Assembly: GCA_036785375.1 (NCBI GenBank)
Contig: JAWMAR010000028.1
Span: 1-64,000 of the forward strand
Reading direction: 5' to 3'
DNA length: 64,000 bases
Source of the DNA: Leucoraja ocellata
Taxonomy: Eukaryota
This document shows, piece after piece, positions 62,301-64,000 of the stretch (position 1 is its first letter; every line of letters begins with the position of its first letter). Made by a program: the position numbers and the translations under genes. The notes under the pieces were generated by a model. That model was not told where the DNA came from. It worked only from the letters and a program-made list of their open reading frames with translations, and did no database searches.

Positions 62301-63229
62301 CTGCGGGGTGCCTCCCCCTGGAGCAGTGCCAGACCCCCGTGGTCGTGGCGGGGCCATGTACCGCCGACGGCTAGCAACGCTGGCAAAGTTAATATCGTGA
62401 TCAGCCGGTGACACCGCCGAGGTGACAGCTTCGGCCAGACGGCAGGCGTGCATAGCCTCGTCAAAAGACAGGTCGAGCTTCCGCAAAAGTTCAGCCCTCA
62501 GCTTTTCATCGCGCAGACCATAAACCATAATATCCCTGGTCAGTTCATCGGTGGTCAGCGTGCCAAGGCGGCACCGCCTGGCCAGGTGTCGCAGCGCAGC
62601 GACGTAATTCTCAATAGATTCACCCGAGTTCTGACGCCGCCCGAACAGTTTAAAACGCTCTAAGATGCAATTAGAGGGGATGTTGCACATCGTGGTAAAC
62701 TTAGCCAATAAACATACCGGGTCCCGAGCAGTTTCACCCGCAGCGTAGACGAATGATTCAGACCGTTCCAGGGCATCGGGACCAGCCAGGTTGAGAAGCA
62801 GAGAAGCTTTGACTTCAGGCGTGGCGGCAGGATGGGCGATTGTGAGATAGTGGTCAAAGTCACGTCTAAAGACATCTCAGCGATGGGCAATGTCTGAATC
62901 GAAAACAAGCACATCGGGCTTGCGGCAAGAAGTGGCCATAACGAGAAAATAGAGAAAGGGAACGGGAAACTGGGGCAAAAGTAAATAAACAACCGATAAA
63001 CAGGAGGCGCAAGGGTAAGAGATATGACACCATGTAAAGAAGTGGTGTAACTTTACTTCTTTTATTCATACTGTAACATACTGTAACATTACAATGTGCT
63101 GTACGTGGTCCGTCACGGGAACTAGAGAGAGAGCAGTGGGTGGGGAGGTTGTAATTATACTTGTGATATGGGGAGTGGTTAGTAGTGGTGAGGTAACTAT
63201 ATTAAAGGTACATGCAGATATCATCTACA
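59329..63229 (-). mobile_element. Second Mag-clade Gypsy element; 3' LTR lost, internal deletions
   Basis: 5' LTR at 63033-63229 (TG..CA), PBS TGGTGTCA, gag MATSCRKPDVLVFDSDIA with double zinc knuckle, protease IDTGA, RT ORF 60718-61560 and integrase pieces. Clearly paralogous to element 1 but with a different LTR. Confidence 0.9.
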
Positions 63230-63340
63230 GGGTAGTTGATCGTTTTACGCGGTGGCTGGAGGCCATCCTGCTCACGGACACTTCAACTCAGTCGTGCGCT
63301 CGTGCCTTCGTGGCAACTTGGATTGCCCGCTTTGGGGTTC
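63230..63340 (+). mobile_element. CsRN1-like Gypsy integrase fragment
   Basis: VVDRFTRWLEAILLTDTSTQSCARAFVATWIARFGV immediately after the Mag 5' LTR. Confidence 0.8.
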
Positions 63341-63764
63341 AAAGATTTTCACCTCATTATATATTAGCATATATCCTAACCAAACCAGTATTTCTCAAAT
63401 TACTGATACATTTTGGTGAATGCTATTTATCTGTTAGCTGGATTAAATATATTGAGTGATGGTAGGTCACAGATTATTATTTAAAATCAGGAAATTATTC
63501 TGAAAATTATTGTTGTTAAGAAACTATATTTAGTTCAGTTCAGCTTTTCTTCTATTGTACTGTAATTATGGATTGTACAAAATATAGTATTTCAGCACTA
63601 TATAAATATCTGGGTGCTGTAAAGCTCTGATAGTCTATTATTCTTGTGACTTCAGTAGTGGCAGATTTTCTGGACTATTGAATATTACTCCTTTGAATAC
63701 ACCAACACACTTTTTTAAAATATGACATACTTTCCAGTGTGTGATCAATTTTCTATGGAACCAG

Positions 63765-64000
63765 GTGAGTTTAAAGGGAGTATGGGAACCATGGTCCTAG
63801 TAGGTTAGAGGGAGCGTGGGAATGGATGGCAAGTTTAAAGGAAGTTTGGGAAATGCTGAGCTTAGAGGAAGCATTATAAATGCTGAATTTACAGGGAACA
63901 TGTGAAATGATAAGTTTAATGAGAGGTTGGGAAATGCTGTGTTTAAGAGATGCATTAGAAATGGTGAATTTAATGCAACCATAAGAAATGTCGAGTTTAA
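63765..64000. repeat. Degenerate 27-bp minisatellite running off the window end
   Basis: AAATG(C/G)TGA.TTTAA recurs every 27 nt from about 63851 to 64000. Confidence 0.75.

Overview
Vertebrate genomic DNA, most likely from an elasmobranch (skate, ray or shark), judged from HE1-type SINEs and CR1/HER1 LINEs. The only intact protein-coding gene is GORAB (RAB6-interacting golgin) on the minus strand. I reconstructed five coding exons by hand with canonical GT-AG junctions and consistent phases: 34220-34277, 18645-19011, 17720-17821, 16718-16858 and 12931-13384, giving 1122 nt and 373 aa. Its CpG-rich promoter carries a perfect NRF1 site and an E-box. Intron 1 holds an antisense, degenerate ZFP36/ZFP36L (tandem CCCH) copy. 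Intron 3 holds a solo LTR inserted at +8 of the splice donor. Positions 1-6600 are repeat-poor and retain CpG; by tetrapod synteny they may be PRRX1 upstream regulatory DNA (inference only). The rest is dense in transposable elements: a full-length Mag-clade Gypsy with paired LTRs and TSD, a second truncated Mag nested in a fragmented CsRN1-like Gypsy, hAT and Harbinger-type MITEs, non-autonomous Helitrons, CR1, Rex1, a Penelope GIY-YIG fragment, and many short Penelope-derived units carrying a minimal hammerhead-ribozyme core as TSD-flanked monomers or inverted pairs. Family assignments come from motif recognition, not database searches.
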